The notes below the pieces were generated by a model. The model made no database searches and was not told the DNA's origin. It was given only the letters and a program-made list of their open reading frames with translations. The position numbers and the translations under genes are program-made. Below are positions 23,224 through 32,550 of a DNA stretch of 64,000 nt, piece by piece. How positions within the stretch are numbered: position 1 is the first letter of the stretch; each line of letters begins with the position of its first letter. This DNA is from an uncultured cyanobacterium (GTDB lineage Bacteria; Cyanobacteriota; Cyanobacteriia; Phormidesmidales; Phormidesmidaceae), in the NCBI GenBank assembly GCA_963793265.1, contig CAWBZI010000005.1, positions 192,001 to 256,000 on the forward strand, given 5' to 3'.

Positions 23224-23340
23224 AGTTCGGATAGTTATCTGGTTGTGGATCGGGAGCAACGAGAACCTGTACTTAGCAGGCTGCACTCATAGTTATATCG
23301 CTTTACTGAATTCGTAATCGATGAGTTACCTAGTGCTACA

Positions 23341-23373
23341 AAAAGAGAGGTGTCCATTGGATACCTCTCTTTT
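23341..23373. terminator. Bidirectional-type terminator after pnp
   Basis: AAAAGAGAGGTGTCC-att-GGATACCTCTCTTTT. Confidence 0.8.
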
Positions 23374-23405
23374 ATCTAGTCAATCACGAAACCAAAGGAA
23401 ACGCT

Positions 23406-25562
23406 TTACCCTTCCTCAATCCCAGCCGCTGCTTTAGCTGCTGCCGCTTCGTCAGGGTGAATGCCCAATCGGGTCAGGTTCACGCGACCGCGATTGTCGA
23501 TTTCGCGCACCTTAATCAGCACTTCGTCATCCACATTCACTTCGTCTTCTACCTTGTTCACTCGGTAGTCAGCGAGCTGCGAAATGTGAATCATGCCTTC
23601 TTTACCCGGCATAAACTCAACAAAGGCTCCGATAGGAATCACGCGAGTGACCTTACCCATATACACATTGCCAGCCTCGGCAACGTGGGTGATCCCTTCA
23701 ATCATCTTCTGAGCCTGCTTAGCCTTCTCAGAATCGACTGCCGAGATCGTCACCGTACCATCGTCTTGAATATCGACTTTAGCAGTGGTCTTCTCAGTGA
23801 TCGCCTTAATTTGCTTACCGCCTGGCCCAATCACCATCCCGATTTGGTCAGGATTGATTTGCATGGTAAGCAAGCGCGGTGCGTAAGGTGAAACCTCATC
23901 GCGGGGCTTGTCAATTGCCTCTAGCATTTTTTCTAGAATGTGCAGCCGGGCCGGGCGAGCTTGGTTGATGGCCTCGCTGATCACTTCCATCGGAAGACCA
24001 GTGATTTTCATGTCTAGCTGTAGGGCGGTGATGCCGCTGTCAGTACCGGCTACTTTGAAGTCCATGTCGCCAAGGAAGTCTTCAATGCCCTGAATATCAG
24101 AGAGGATACGGACTTCTTCGCCTTCTTTGATCAGGCCCATGGCTGCGCCGCTGACGGGTTGAGTGATGGGAACACCTGCGTCCATTAGCGATAGGGTGGA
24201 GCCGCAGACGGAGCCCATGGACGTAGAGCCGTTGGAGGAGAGGCACTCGGAGACGACCCGGATGACGTAGGGGAAGTCTTCTTGGGCAGGTAGAACGGGG
24301 ATGAGGGCGCGTTCTGCGAGGGCACCGTGGCCGACTTCACGACGACCGGGCGATCGCATAGGTCGAGTTTCACCCACCGAGTAAGGCGGGAAGTTGTAGT
24401 GGTGCAGGTACTTCTTCTCATCGCCAGGATGCAAGTCATCCATCATCTGCGCATCGCCAGGCGTACCGAGCGTCGTTACAGACATAACCTGCGTCAGGCC
24501 GCGACGGAATAGGCCCGTGCCGTGTACGCGCTGAGGCAGTACCCCAGTGCGACAGGTGATTTTACGAATTTCGTCGAGCTTACGACCGTCTACGCGGACG
24601 CCTTCTTCGACAATCTGGGCGCGCATCACCTTCTTCGTCAAGCTCTTAAAGGCTTTACCCAGCGCCTTTTTGTTCTCATCAACGGCAGCTCTAACAGCGT
24701 TACCTTCATCCAGCGCCTGAATTTCTTCGGCAATAGCGGCTTTGATCTCATCTAGCTTGCCGTCGCGCTCAGACTTACTTTGCTCAAACTGCTTGAGGAC
24801 TTCTTTGATCGAGTCAGTTGACTTATCGGCAAGGAACTTCTCAAGATCTTCACTCACCACAGGCTCGGGCTCGGTAGGCCGCTCTAGCTTGAGTTCTTCA
24901 ACTAGCTCTAGCTGCGCTTTAATTAAGTCCTGAACGACTTCGTAGCCAAAGTCAATCGCTTCGATTACGTCCTGCTCAGGGAGCTGATTGGCCCCAGCTT
25001 CTACCATAATCACGCCATCAGGAGAACCAGCCACGATTAAATCAAGGTCGCCGTCTTCGATTTCCTGGTAGGTGGGGTTGATGATGAAGTCGTCGCCAAC
25101 AAGGCCCACGCGCACAGCGGCCATGGGGCCGTTGAAGGGGATTTCTGCTAGGAGTACGGCAATCGATGCGCCAGTTGCAGCGATTACATCGGGCGGTACG
25201 TCTTCATCCATAGAGAGAGTAGTCGCCACAATTTGGATGTCGTCGCGAATCCAGTTAGGGAAGAGCGGGCGCATGGGGCGGTCGATCAGGCGGCTGGTGA
25301 GGGTGGCGCGTTCGGGCGGACGGCCTTCACGGCGGAGGAAGCCGCCGGGGATGCGGCCTGCGGCGTACAGGCGCTCTTCGTAGTCAATCAGGAGGGGGAG
25401 AAAGTCAATGCCTTCTCTACCAGAGGATCTTGTAGCGGTGACGAGCACTGCCGTATCGCCTGAGCTGATCAAGACAGAGCCGCCTGCTTGGGGCGCTAAC
25501 AGTCCCACTTTCAGGTGTATGTCTCGACCGTCGATGGAAATCGACTTATCAATTTCTTGCAT
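23406..25562 (-). CDS. pnp: Polyribonucleotide nucleotidyltransferase
   Basis: Two RNase PH domains ([20 protein letters not shown]), KH and S1. ATG at 25562 preferred. Confidence 0.97.
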   Translation of the reverse strand: MQEIDKSISIDGRDIHLKVGLLAPQAGGSVLISSGDTAVLVTATRSSGREGIDFLPLLIDYEERLYAAGRIPGGFLRREGRPPERATLTSRLIDRPMRPLFPNWIRDDIQIVATTLSMDEDVPPDVIAATGASIAVLLAEIPFNGPMAAVRVGLVGDDFIINPTYQEIEDGDLDLIVAGSPDGVIMVEAGANQLPEQDVIEAIDFGYEVVQDLIKAQLELVEELKLERPTEPEPVVSEDLEKFLADKSTDSIKEVLKQFEQSKSERDGKLDEIKAAIAEEIQALDEGNAVRAAVDENKKALGKAFKSLTKKVMRAQIVEEGVRVDGRKLDEIRKITCRTGVLPQRVHGTGLFRRGLTQVMSVTTLGTPGDAQMMDDLHPGDEKKYLHHYNFPPYSVGETRPMRSPGRREVGHGALAERALIPVLPAQEDFPYVIRVVSECLSSNGSTSMGSVCGSTLSLMDAGVPITQPVSGAAMGLIKEGEEVRILSDIQGIEDFLGDMDFKVAGTDSGITALQLDMKITGLPMEVISEAINQARPARLHILEKMLEAIDKPRDEVSPYAPRLLTMQINPDQIGMVIGPGGKQIKAITEKTTAKVDIQDDGTVTISAVDSEKAKQAQKMIEGITHVAEAGNVYMGKVTRVIPIGAFVEFMPGKEGMIHISQLADYRVNKVEDEVNVDDEVLIKVREIDNRGRVNLTRLGIHPDEAAAAKAAAGIEEG

Positions 25563-25748
25563 TGATTGATGAATCCTTATTCTTTGTTTTCTCATTTTAT
25601 GCTTTGGCAATCGTATCACTGATAACGAGACGTTGTTCTGAATATAAGAAGGAGGCCGATTAAAAAACTTTGATGAACGCTGTGGTGAACGGCTCGAATG
25701 CGGCTAATACTAGGATGAGAATTTATTGATTATCTATTTACTAGGCTC

Positions 25749-26747
25749 ATGGCGATACTTGTAACTGGCGCTGCCGGGTTTATTGGCTACTTTTTATCGC
25801 TGAGGCTGCTAGAAGCAGGCGAGCAGGTATACGGCATCGACTGTATTAGCGACTATTACGATGTGCAAATAAAGCAGGATCGGCTGGCTCAGCTTGAGGC
25901 GTTTGAGAAGTTTACGTTTGAGCAGATGGATGTGAGCGATCGCACTGCCACATCCAACCTATTCACCACCCATTCCTTCAACTGCGTCGTCCACCTCGCC
26001 GCCCAAGCAGGCGTTCGCTACTCACTCGAAAACCCGCTAGCTTATGCCGACAGCAACCTGCTGGGCTTCGTCAATATTTTAGAAGGGTGCCGCCATAGCA
26101 AAGTCAGCCATCTGGTGTTCGCCTCCTCAAGCTCTGTGTATGGGCAAAACCGCAAGGTGCCTTTTTCTACAGAAGATAGAGTGGATCATCCCGTATCTCT
26201 GTATGCGGCGACTAAGAAAGCTAATGAGCTGATGGCGCATTCTTACAGCCATCTGTACGATTTGCCGGTGACCGGGCTGCGGTTCTTTACGGTGTATGGG
26301 CCTTGGGGCAGGCCGGATATGGCTTACTTTAAGTTTGTCGATGCGATCGCCAAAGGCAAACCCATCGACGTATACAACCACGGCCAAATGAAGCGCGATT
26401 TCACCTACATAGACGATGTGGTAGAAGGCATCATGCGCGTGATGGAAAAGCCACAGCAAAAGCTCAGCCCTGAAGACGCCCAAGACGCCGATTCGAGCGC
26501 GCCCTACAAAATCTATAACATCGGCAACCACAGCCCCGTCACGCTAATGGACTTCATCACCACCATCGAGCAAGCCATGGGTAAAACGGCTCAGAAAAAC
26601 ATGATGCCAATGCAACCGGGCGACGTGCCCGCCACCTACGCTGACGTGCAGGAGTTGATGGATGATGTCGGATTCAAGCCCGATACACCTTTATCTGAAG
26701 GCATCGCAAAATTCGTCGCCTGGTACAAGGACTACTACGCCGTATAG
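25749..26747 (+). CDS. UDP-glucuronate 4-epimerase-like NAD-dependent epimerase
   Basis: TGAAGFIG, HLAAQAGVRYS, YAATK, RFFTVYGPWGRPDMA. Confidence 0.92.
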   Translation: MAILVTGAAGFIGYFLSLRLLEAGEQVYGIDCISDYYDVQIKQDRLAQLEAFEKFTFEQMDVSDRTATSNLFTTHSFNCVVHLAAQAGVRYSLENPLAYADSNLLGFVNILEGCRHSKVSHLVFASSSSVYGQNRKVPFSTEDRVDHPVSLYAATKKANELMAHSYSHLYDLPVTGLRFFTVYGPWGRPDMAYFKFVDAIAKGKPIDVYNHGQMKRDFTYIDDVVEGIMRVMEKPQQKLSPEDAQDADSSAPYKIYNIGNHSPVTLMDFITTIEQAMGKTAQKNMMPMQPGDVPATYADVQELMDDVGFKPDTPLSEGIAKFVAWYKDYYAV

Positions 26748-26799
26748 GCACAGCTTGACATCCCAACCCATCGGCTGAGTGTAGTCGAAGTCAAGTTTA

Positions 26800-26872
26800 T
26801 GGAGCTAAGGAGATTCGAACTCCTGACCCCCTGCATGCCATGCAGGTGCGCTACCAGCTGCGCTATAGCCCC
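26800..26872 (-). tRNA. tRNA-Ala(GGC)
   Basis: GGGGCTATAGCGCAGCTGGTAGCGCACCTGCATGGCATGCAGGGGGTCAGGAGTTCGAATCTCCTTAGCTCCA; G3:U70 Ala identity pair. Confidence 0.97.
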
Positions 26873-27060
26873 GTGTTACGTATTGAAAAATAATAATCGC
26901 TCAACACACTGCCTCTCGTCAAGCTGCTTTGGGCACAACTTTTTGAGACTAAGTTTTTGAAGGCTAAGTTTTTTTCTGAAGTAATAAAATCCTCACACAC
27001 TCTGCGCAGGCACCTAGCAAATAGCGATACAGTTGAGAGCGATCGCCTTCGCAAACGACT

Positions 27061-28173
27061 ATGACCGCTACCCCTCCTTCTGCGTCAGATTCAGCGACTA
27101 ACCCTCCTGCCTCTGACGAAACGGCTCAAGCCGCCATTGACACCATCAAAACCCAGCTCCGCCGCAAAGAAGGCAACTGGGTGAGCTGGGGCAAAGCCTG
27201 CCACACGCTGCAAAAGAGTGGCATGAGCCCTCAAGACGTTTTTGAAGCAACTGGCTTTGAGCCGATTCAACAAAACCAGCTCATCGTCGCCTCACAGGTG
27301 TTCGACTCGATGGTATCAGGCGGCGTTAGCGACAAGGCCAAGGCCCACTACGAAGTACGCGGTAGCGATAGCCTGTACGAATTTAGAATTTTGCCCAGTG
27401 ACCACCGCGCGGCGGCGGCTGACTTTGCCTTTGAAAACGGCCTAGATAGCGATCAGGTTAAAGACGTGGTAAAAGCGCTGAGAGACTTTACCTATAGCGA
27501 TACCCCACCGCCTGGCTTCGAGAAAACAATGGGTGATGCGGCGGCTTATCACTACTGGCGTTTAGCCCGGCAGCAGGGGGATTTGCAGGAGCGATCGCGT
27601 CTCATTGCCCAAAGCCTCCGATTTGCCACCTCCAGCGGCGCTCGCAGCAAAGTAGAAAAGCTCCTAGTTGACTTCTCAGTCGTCAAGGCCAAGCCCGCCC
27701 CGCGCCTGCCGATCTTTCGCCTGGAAGACGAGGCAGATTCTCCAGTGATCATGCCGGTGGCCGGTCACATGCCGCTGCCGACCGAAGAATACAAAGCGAT
27801 CCCGAGCATTGAGCCCGAAGAACCTTTCGGCATTGTCAAATTCTCTGGCACAGGCGCTTGGATTCCGGTGCCTGGCTGGCAGGTGATCCTAAAGGCCGAA
27901 GATCCGATTGCACTGCTTTCTACCTGCGGCGAATTGCCAAATGCACCCGATAACATGTCGCAGTCAGAACCAGTGATGATCGTGGTTGATCGCGCTAAGC
28001 GTGAGTGGGATGAGTACAGCTATTTTATAGTGGACTCAGGCGGTCAGCTCGAAATTCAATGGTTCGATGAAGCGCCTCAATTGCAGCTATTAGGCGGCGT
28101 TGCGCTGATTATGCGACCCAAGAAAATCTTTGACCAGGACTACACCCACGAATACTGGCAAATAGACGAGTAG
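27061..28173 (+). CDS. raf1: RuBisCO accumulation factor 1
   Basis: LRRKEGNWVSWG, ATGFEPIQQNQLIVA, C-terminal LIMRPKKI..WQIDE. Confidence 0.92.
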   Translation: MTATPPSASDSATNPPASDETAQAAIDTIKTQLRRKEGNWVSWGKACHTLQKSGMSPQDVFEATGFEPIQQNQLIVASQVFDSMVSGGVSDKAKAHYEVRGSDSLYEFRILPSDHRAAAADFAFENGLDSDQVKDVVKALRDFTYSDTPPPGFEKTMGDAAAYHYWRLARQQGDLQERSRLIAQSLRFATSSGARSKVEKLLVDFSVVKAKPAPRLPIFRLEDEADSPVIMPVAGHMPLPTEEYKAIPSIEPEEPFGIVKFSGTGAWIPVPGWQVILKAEDPIALLSTCGELPNAPDNMSQSEPVMIVVDRAKREWDEYSYFIVDSGGQLEIQWFDEAPQLQLLGGVALIMRPKKIFDQDYTHEYWQIDE

Positions 28174-28271
28174 ATAGCCTCTTTGTACTACTTAGCACCT
28201 TCGATTTAGCCCTCGAATGGGGGCCCACGCAATACAATAGAAGGGTGCTTTGTAATGTAGGAGAGTCACCC

Positions 28272-28505
28272 GTGGCATTAGAGCGTCGCTTGTCTAGAGA
28301 TGTGTTTAATGAGAACGCGATCGTAGAGCTGCGTCAGGTTTGCATGACCCCGAGCGGTTTATTTGAGCCCGGTAAGTATTTGGTGGGCCAGCTCCCGGAT
28401 GCTGCTTTTGAAATGGGCCTAGTAGAAGCGCTGCCGCCCGTGCGGGGCAAAAGTGAGGAAGTGGCCCCACCTCAAGAATCGCCTTCAGAAGATACCGAGA
28501 ATTAA
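28272..28505 (+). CDS. Small hypothetical protein
   Basis: AGGAGAG RBS upstream of GTG at 28272; stop overlaps the RBS of recR. Confidence 0.65.
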   Translation: MALERRLSRDVFNENAIVELRQVCMTPSGLFEPGKYLVGQLPDAAFEMGLVEALPPVRGKSEEVAPPQESPSEDTEN

Positions 28506-28517
28506 GGAGCCCTGACC

Positions 28518-29114
28518 ATTTATACCCGTCCCCTTGCCAAATTAATTGAAGAGTTCCAGCGGCTTCCTGGCATTGGCCCTAAGTCGGCTCAGCGCCTGGC
28601 GATGCACATGATCAAGCGGCCTGAGGCAGAGGTGAGAGCTTTGGCAAATGCCTTAGTGGCCGCGAAGCAGCAGGTAGGCCAGTGCTCCAAGTGCTTTCAC
28701 CTTTCGGCTGAGCCGGTTTGTGATATTTGCCGCTCTCAGTCTCGCGATTTGACGACGCTGTGCGTAGTTGCTGACTCGCGAGATGTCATTGCTTTAGAAA
28801 AAACGAGAGAATTTAAGGGGAAGTATCACGTTTTAGGCGGGCTGATTTCTCCGATGGATGGCATTGGCCCCGAGCAGCTCAATATTGGTCAGCTCGTTCA
28901 TCGGGTGAATAAAGAGAATACCGATGAAGTGATTTTGGCGATTAGTCCTAGCATTGAGGGCGACACAACGACTTTGTATGTGGGTCAGTTGCTCAAGCCC
29001 TTCACACGAGTGACTCGGATTGCCTTTGGTCTGCCTATGGGCGGCGATTTGGAGTATGCCGATGAGGTGACGCTAGCGAGGGCGTTAGAAGGGCGAAGAG
29101 AATTAGATTATTAG
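28518..29114 (+). CDS. recR: Recombination mediator RecR (probable ATT start)
   Basis: In frame upstream of the track start: [28 protein letters not shown] (HhH). C4 Zn finger and TOPRIM (YHVLGG..SP, EYAD) follow. Confidence 0.93.
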   Translation: MYTRPLAKLIEEFQRLPGIGPKSAQRLAMHMIKRPEAEVRALANALVAAKQQVGQCSKCFHLSAEPVCDICRSQSRDLTTLCVVADSRDVIALEKTREFKGKYHVLGGLISPMDGIGPEQLNIGQLVHRVNKENTDEVILAISPSIEGDTTTLYVGQLLKPFTRVTRIAFGLPMGGDLEYADEVTLARALEGRRELDY

Positions 29115-29136
29115 CCTTGTTAGGAAGGTATAAACC

Positions 29137-29436
29137 GTGGCAGGCAGTGAAACAGCAACCAGACTATCTCTAAAGCTCAAGCCTATAGCCGCTCGATATG
29201 TTGCGGATGTGCGATCGCTAGAACTTGAGTTTGAGAACGGCAGTAGCTATCGCTATCCAGTAGACCGACTGACCTTTAGCCGATGGAACGGTGATGCCTA
29301 CGTACCCTTAGAGCCCAGACCAACCGATGCAGATTTAGAAGCTGTAGTGCTTTGGCCAAATGGCGAGATTGTTGAGTTTGAAAATATAGAGCAAGGCTTC
29401 GAGGTGACACAGCTTATCAGTGAGCTTGTTAGCTAG
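29137..29436 (+). CDS. DUF2442-like small protein
   Basis: LELEFENG....YP pattern and L..V.L...G..VEF resemble DUF2442; AGGAAGG RBS. Confidence 0.55.
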   Translation: MAGSETATRLSLKLKPIAARYVADVRSLELEFENGSSYRYPVDRLTFSRWNGDAYVPLEPRPTDADLEAVVLWPNGEIVEFENIEQGFEVTQLISELVS

Positions 29437-29527
29437 AGAGGGGTGTCCACTCTACTTCTACGCACATTCGTATGGCTCTTTTCAATGCCTCCGATAACAA
29501 AAGGCATCACTTACACAGCACTACCTT

Positions 29528-30601
29528 ATGCAGATAGATTCTGATGATTACCGTGCCATCCATCCTCAGAATTTGCCGTATCTCGATATACAGGCTCTTC
29601 AAGGGCGACCTATCCCACTCCACACATTTCATGATGGCAATAGATGGCATATGTGGTTTCCTATGGATAATGGGCTTCTACAGCCAATTAGGATACTGGA
29701 CTCCCCAGAGGGTACCTATCTCGCACTGAGATCGGTGCACGGCGATGATGCCTTCTTTCCTTTTATTGATTTTATCTACAAACATATCGCCATTAGACGA
29801 GCTGATTCGTTTATGTCGGCTCTCATCTCTGATATTTTCAACCTGGGCGCTAGTCTCAGAAAGATAGATTTATTGAAAGCAAGTGAAAATTGCGTAGGCA
29901 AATCTAGACTTGTTACAACAGAACTCGAATACTTACTCATACTCTGTCGTAGCATGTTTGATTTGCTACAAGAAGTTTCATCAAGGATATGGGAAACTAT
30001 TCAGCTAACTGATACTTCCATAAACAAGAAAAACCTGCCCAGCAGCTTTAGAAAGGTAGTCTTCGAAAACAATGCCATTCGATCTTCGCAGGAGATTCAG
30101 GAACGTTTTGGGCTGACTCCGCTTATTGCTCGCTGGTACTCTGAAAGCGCTCCTTTTTTCTGTGCGCTACGAAGTGCTCGTGACGCAATAATTCACCAAC
30201 CAGTTCATGAGCCAGTGATATACGTTGAAGACAGAGGATTCTCTATTGGGATTAATTCGTCACCAGTATCTTTTCAAAAGATAGTGCGCTGGCCAGAAGA
30301 TGTTTCGGCTAACGGTAAAGCTGGGCCATTAAACTACTTTGTAGCCTATTTCGTACACGAAACACTTCTAGTCTGTGAAAGGTTTGCTGACGCAGTTCGT
30401 CAAGAAATTCAAGTGCCACCAAGCTTTGCTCCAAAACATTTTTTCCTCATGAGGAGCCCAAATATGGCATCACTGTTGGGAATTAGAAGAATTTTAGATA
30501 CAGATCCTTGGTCAAACTTTACCGTTCCTGAACACGATCTCAGGGAGCAATACGAAGCAGAAAGTGTCGGACATATCGCCAGTAGTCTGGATGACGAATG
30601 A
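29528..30601 (+). CDS. Hypothetical protein, possible HEPN-like domain
   Basis: 357-aa ORF, lower GC, no HIP1; ELEYLLILCRSMFDLL helix and RDAIIH motif. Confidence 0.7.
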   Translation: MQIDSDDYRAIHPQNLPYLDIQALQGRPIPLHTFHDGNRWHMWFPMDNGLLQPIRILDSPEGTYLALRSVHGDDAFFPFIDFIYKHIAIRRADSFMSALISDIFNLGASLRKIDLLKASENCVGKSRLVTTELEYLLILCRSMFDLLQEVSSRIWETIQLTDTSINKKNLPSSFRKVVFENNAIRSSQEIQERFGLTPLIARWYSESAPFFCALRSARDAIIHQPVHEPVIYVEDRGFSIGINSSPVSFQKIVRWPEDVSANGKAGPLNYFVAYFVHETLLVCERFADAVRQEIQVPPSFAPKHFFLMRSPNMASLLGIRRILDTDPWSNFTVPEHDLREQYEAESVGHIASSLDDE

Positions 30602-30701
30602 CTGATAAATGTTCTTTGCTACGCAATATGAACGCTAAAATACCATCGAGCAGAATTTGTTAGTACAACCATAAGCCTTTTCAATAGAACATACGGTTTT
30701 G

Positions 30702-31196
30702 TTACATTCTAGCCAGTAATTCCGATTTCTTATCTTGAAACTCTTCTTGTGAAAGTATGCCAGAATCTAGCAACTGAGCTAGCTTTGCAATCTGCGCAGG
30801 TATATCCTGAACATCACTAGAATCACTGTGTTGAATAGACGAACTCTTTCCCATCCTAGATTTCACATAGGTAATGAAATCAGCCACGTCGCCTTTTTGA
30901 ATCCATTTCATCTTTACCTTATTGCCACTAGCAAAGAAAGAAATTTTATGCCCCATTAAGCTCTTTCCTATCTCAAACGATGAGATGTTTTCGTATGGAT
31001 ATACCTCCATATCAAAGCCAAACGTCCTCTTTGCATAAAAAATAAGTCTCAAGTTAGTAGCAAAGAATGCTCTGTTTTTAACGGTATCGCTGCCTATTAT
31101 CTTCGTCTCATAAGTACCAGAGACAGAATGTATTATCTTTTCCTCTGCTTCGAGATAATCGCGTACTAGCTCTTGAAGTTTTTGCAAACTTGCCAA
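30702..31196 (-). CDS. Bacterial PH domain + SHOCT domain protein
   Basis: FATNLRLIF..YPYENISS (bPH-like) and QIAKLAQLLDSGILSQEEFQDKKSELL (SHOCT); TTG start with GGAGA RBS. Confidence 0.8.
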   Translation of the reverse strand: MASLQKLQELVRDYLEAEEKIIHSVSGTYETKIIGSDTVKNRAFFATNLRLIFYAKRTFGFDMEVYPYENISSFEIGKSLMGHKISFFASGNKVKMKWIQKGDVADFITYVKSRMGKSSSIQHSDSSDVQDIPAQIAKLAQLLDSGILSQEEFQDKKSELLARM

Positions 31197-31457
31197 TGTA
31201 ATATCTCCACGGTTAAATGTTCATCCAGTTAACATAGCTCCTACTCATCAGGAGTTACGTTAGCTCTCTATGTACATTCAAATCATTGGCTCGTTATCCG
31301 GTTCACTACTTTAGCTATTGCAAGGCTTCGTATTTTGAAGCTACGTACGCAAACTATAGCTAACGTATGTTGCTATACACTACGCTAAAACCATATCTGC
31401 ATAGAGCAGCCTCGTCCATTTTTTTCACTCTCCATATTACCTAGTTCTAAAGGTCTA

Positions 31458-31658
31458 CTAATAAGCTAATGTTTGCAGCGTATCAAGTACATACAGCCGC
31501 ACAAGCTGCTCGTCAGAGACAGTGCGGTCGATTGATGAAAGCTGTTCGGAGCGCCAGCGTTGGAAGCCAGAGCTAGCGGCGATCGCACTCTTCAAACTCT
31601 GCCAAAGCTCAGAATTATCTGCCGCATGGTCTTGCTCTCTAGAATATGACTGTGCCAT
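31458..31658 (-). CDS. Conserved small cyanobacterial hypothetical protein
   Basis: LWQSLKSAIAASSGFQRW...TLQTLAY motif; GGAGA RBS. Confidence 0.75.
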   Translation of the reverse strand: MAQSYSREQDHAADNSELWQSLKSAIAASSGFQRWRSEQLSSIDRTVSDEQLVRLYVLDTLQTLAY

Positions 31659-31824
31659 GGAAATCTCCAGGTTAAAAAACTAGGTTACGAGAACTGGTGG
31701 TGAACCTGCCAATAAACGCCCAACCAGCTTATCTAAAGGGCTTTCACAAGTTCCGCTTGTCCTCTTTAGGATAGCTTAGTCCCCAGTTTTGCGGATGTAG
31801 CCTCTGCCACGGTTTGACCTTTCT

Positions 31825-32520
31825 TTAGATCAAATCTTCCGCTTCATTCTCAATGGAGGCAGGTGGAACGGGCGCTACTGGCTTTTCTGCTGTCTGTACT
31901 GAGACGGGTTCAGGTTCAGGAATCGTTACGACACTGGCGGCTTCGGGAAGCAAGCTTTTTACCCGGATGCCCAGAATAAGGAAGTCAGAGGCGATCGCAC
32001 TCCCCTCATAAGCCTCTACCCGCTTCAGCGCCTTCGGGCTCACCAAAATCACACGCGCCGCAGCCATCGATATCTGAAAAAACAAACAGATAAAGAAGAA
32101 TGAAACCGCCGCATTCACTAGCCCAACTGTCGGCGTCATCGTCGGCAATATTCGCGGCGACTCTGCATAAAGCCAGGTCAGTATCCAGAGTAGAACCCCC
32201 GCCGTTACGCCTGCGAGAGCCTTGATTTGCCAGGACTTAAACGCTGTCAAGCAGCGCCTTTGATCTTCAGTGAGCACTGCGGGTTTAAGGGCGACGGGTG
32301 GGATGCTGAATATATAGAAGGGTTTGGCGAGCTGCATCCATAGGCTAGGGGCGATGCCAAGAAGTGCGATCGCCCAAAACTGCACCCCAAACGCATTTGG
32401 ATAGTCAAAAGCAGGGCCAGCCGAAGCCAACCCTGCTAAGCAGATATCGAGCAGCAGAGGCACCAGCGCCAGTCCGGCGAAGTGTATCCACAAATAGCGG
32501 TTCTGCTGCAACTCAATCAC
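31825..32520 (-). CDS. Membrane protein with low-complexity tail (typically downstream of infB)
   Basis: YLWIHFAGLA, PFYIFS, four hydrophobic segments. Confidence 0.75.
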   Translation of the reverse strand: MIELQQNRYLWIHFAGLALVPLLLDICLAGLASAGPAFDYPNAFGVQFWAIALLGIAPSLWMQLAKPFYIFSIPPVALKPAVLTEDQRRCLTAFKSWQIKALAGVTAGVLLWILTWLYAESPRILPTMTPTVGLVNAAVSFFFICLFFQISMAAARVILVSPKALKRVEAYEGSAIASDFLILGIRVKSLLPEAASVVTIPEPEPVSVQTAEKPVAPVPPASIENEAEDLI

Positions 32521-32550
32521 GATCTTGTCCTCTGGGGGCCCTGAAGCGAG

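Noticed and set aside
26748..26900. tRNA-Ala (and tRNA-Arg at 42999) as island integration sites
   Set aside because: Flanked by core genes; no integrase or duplicated tRNA 3' end was seen.
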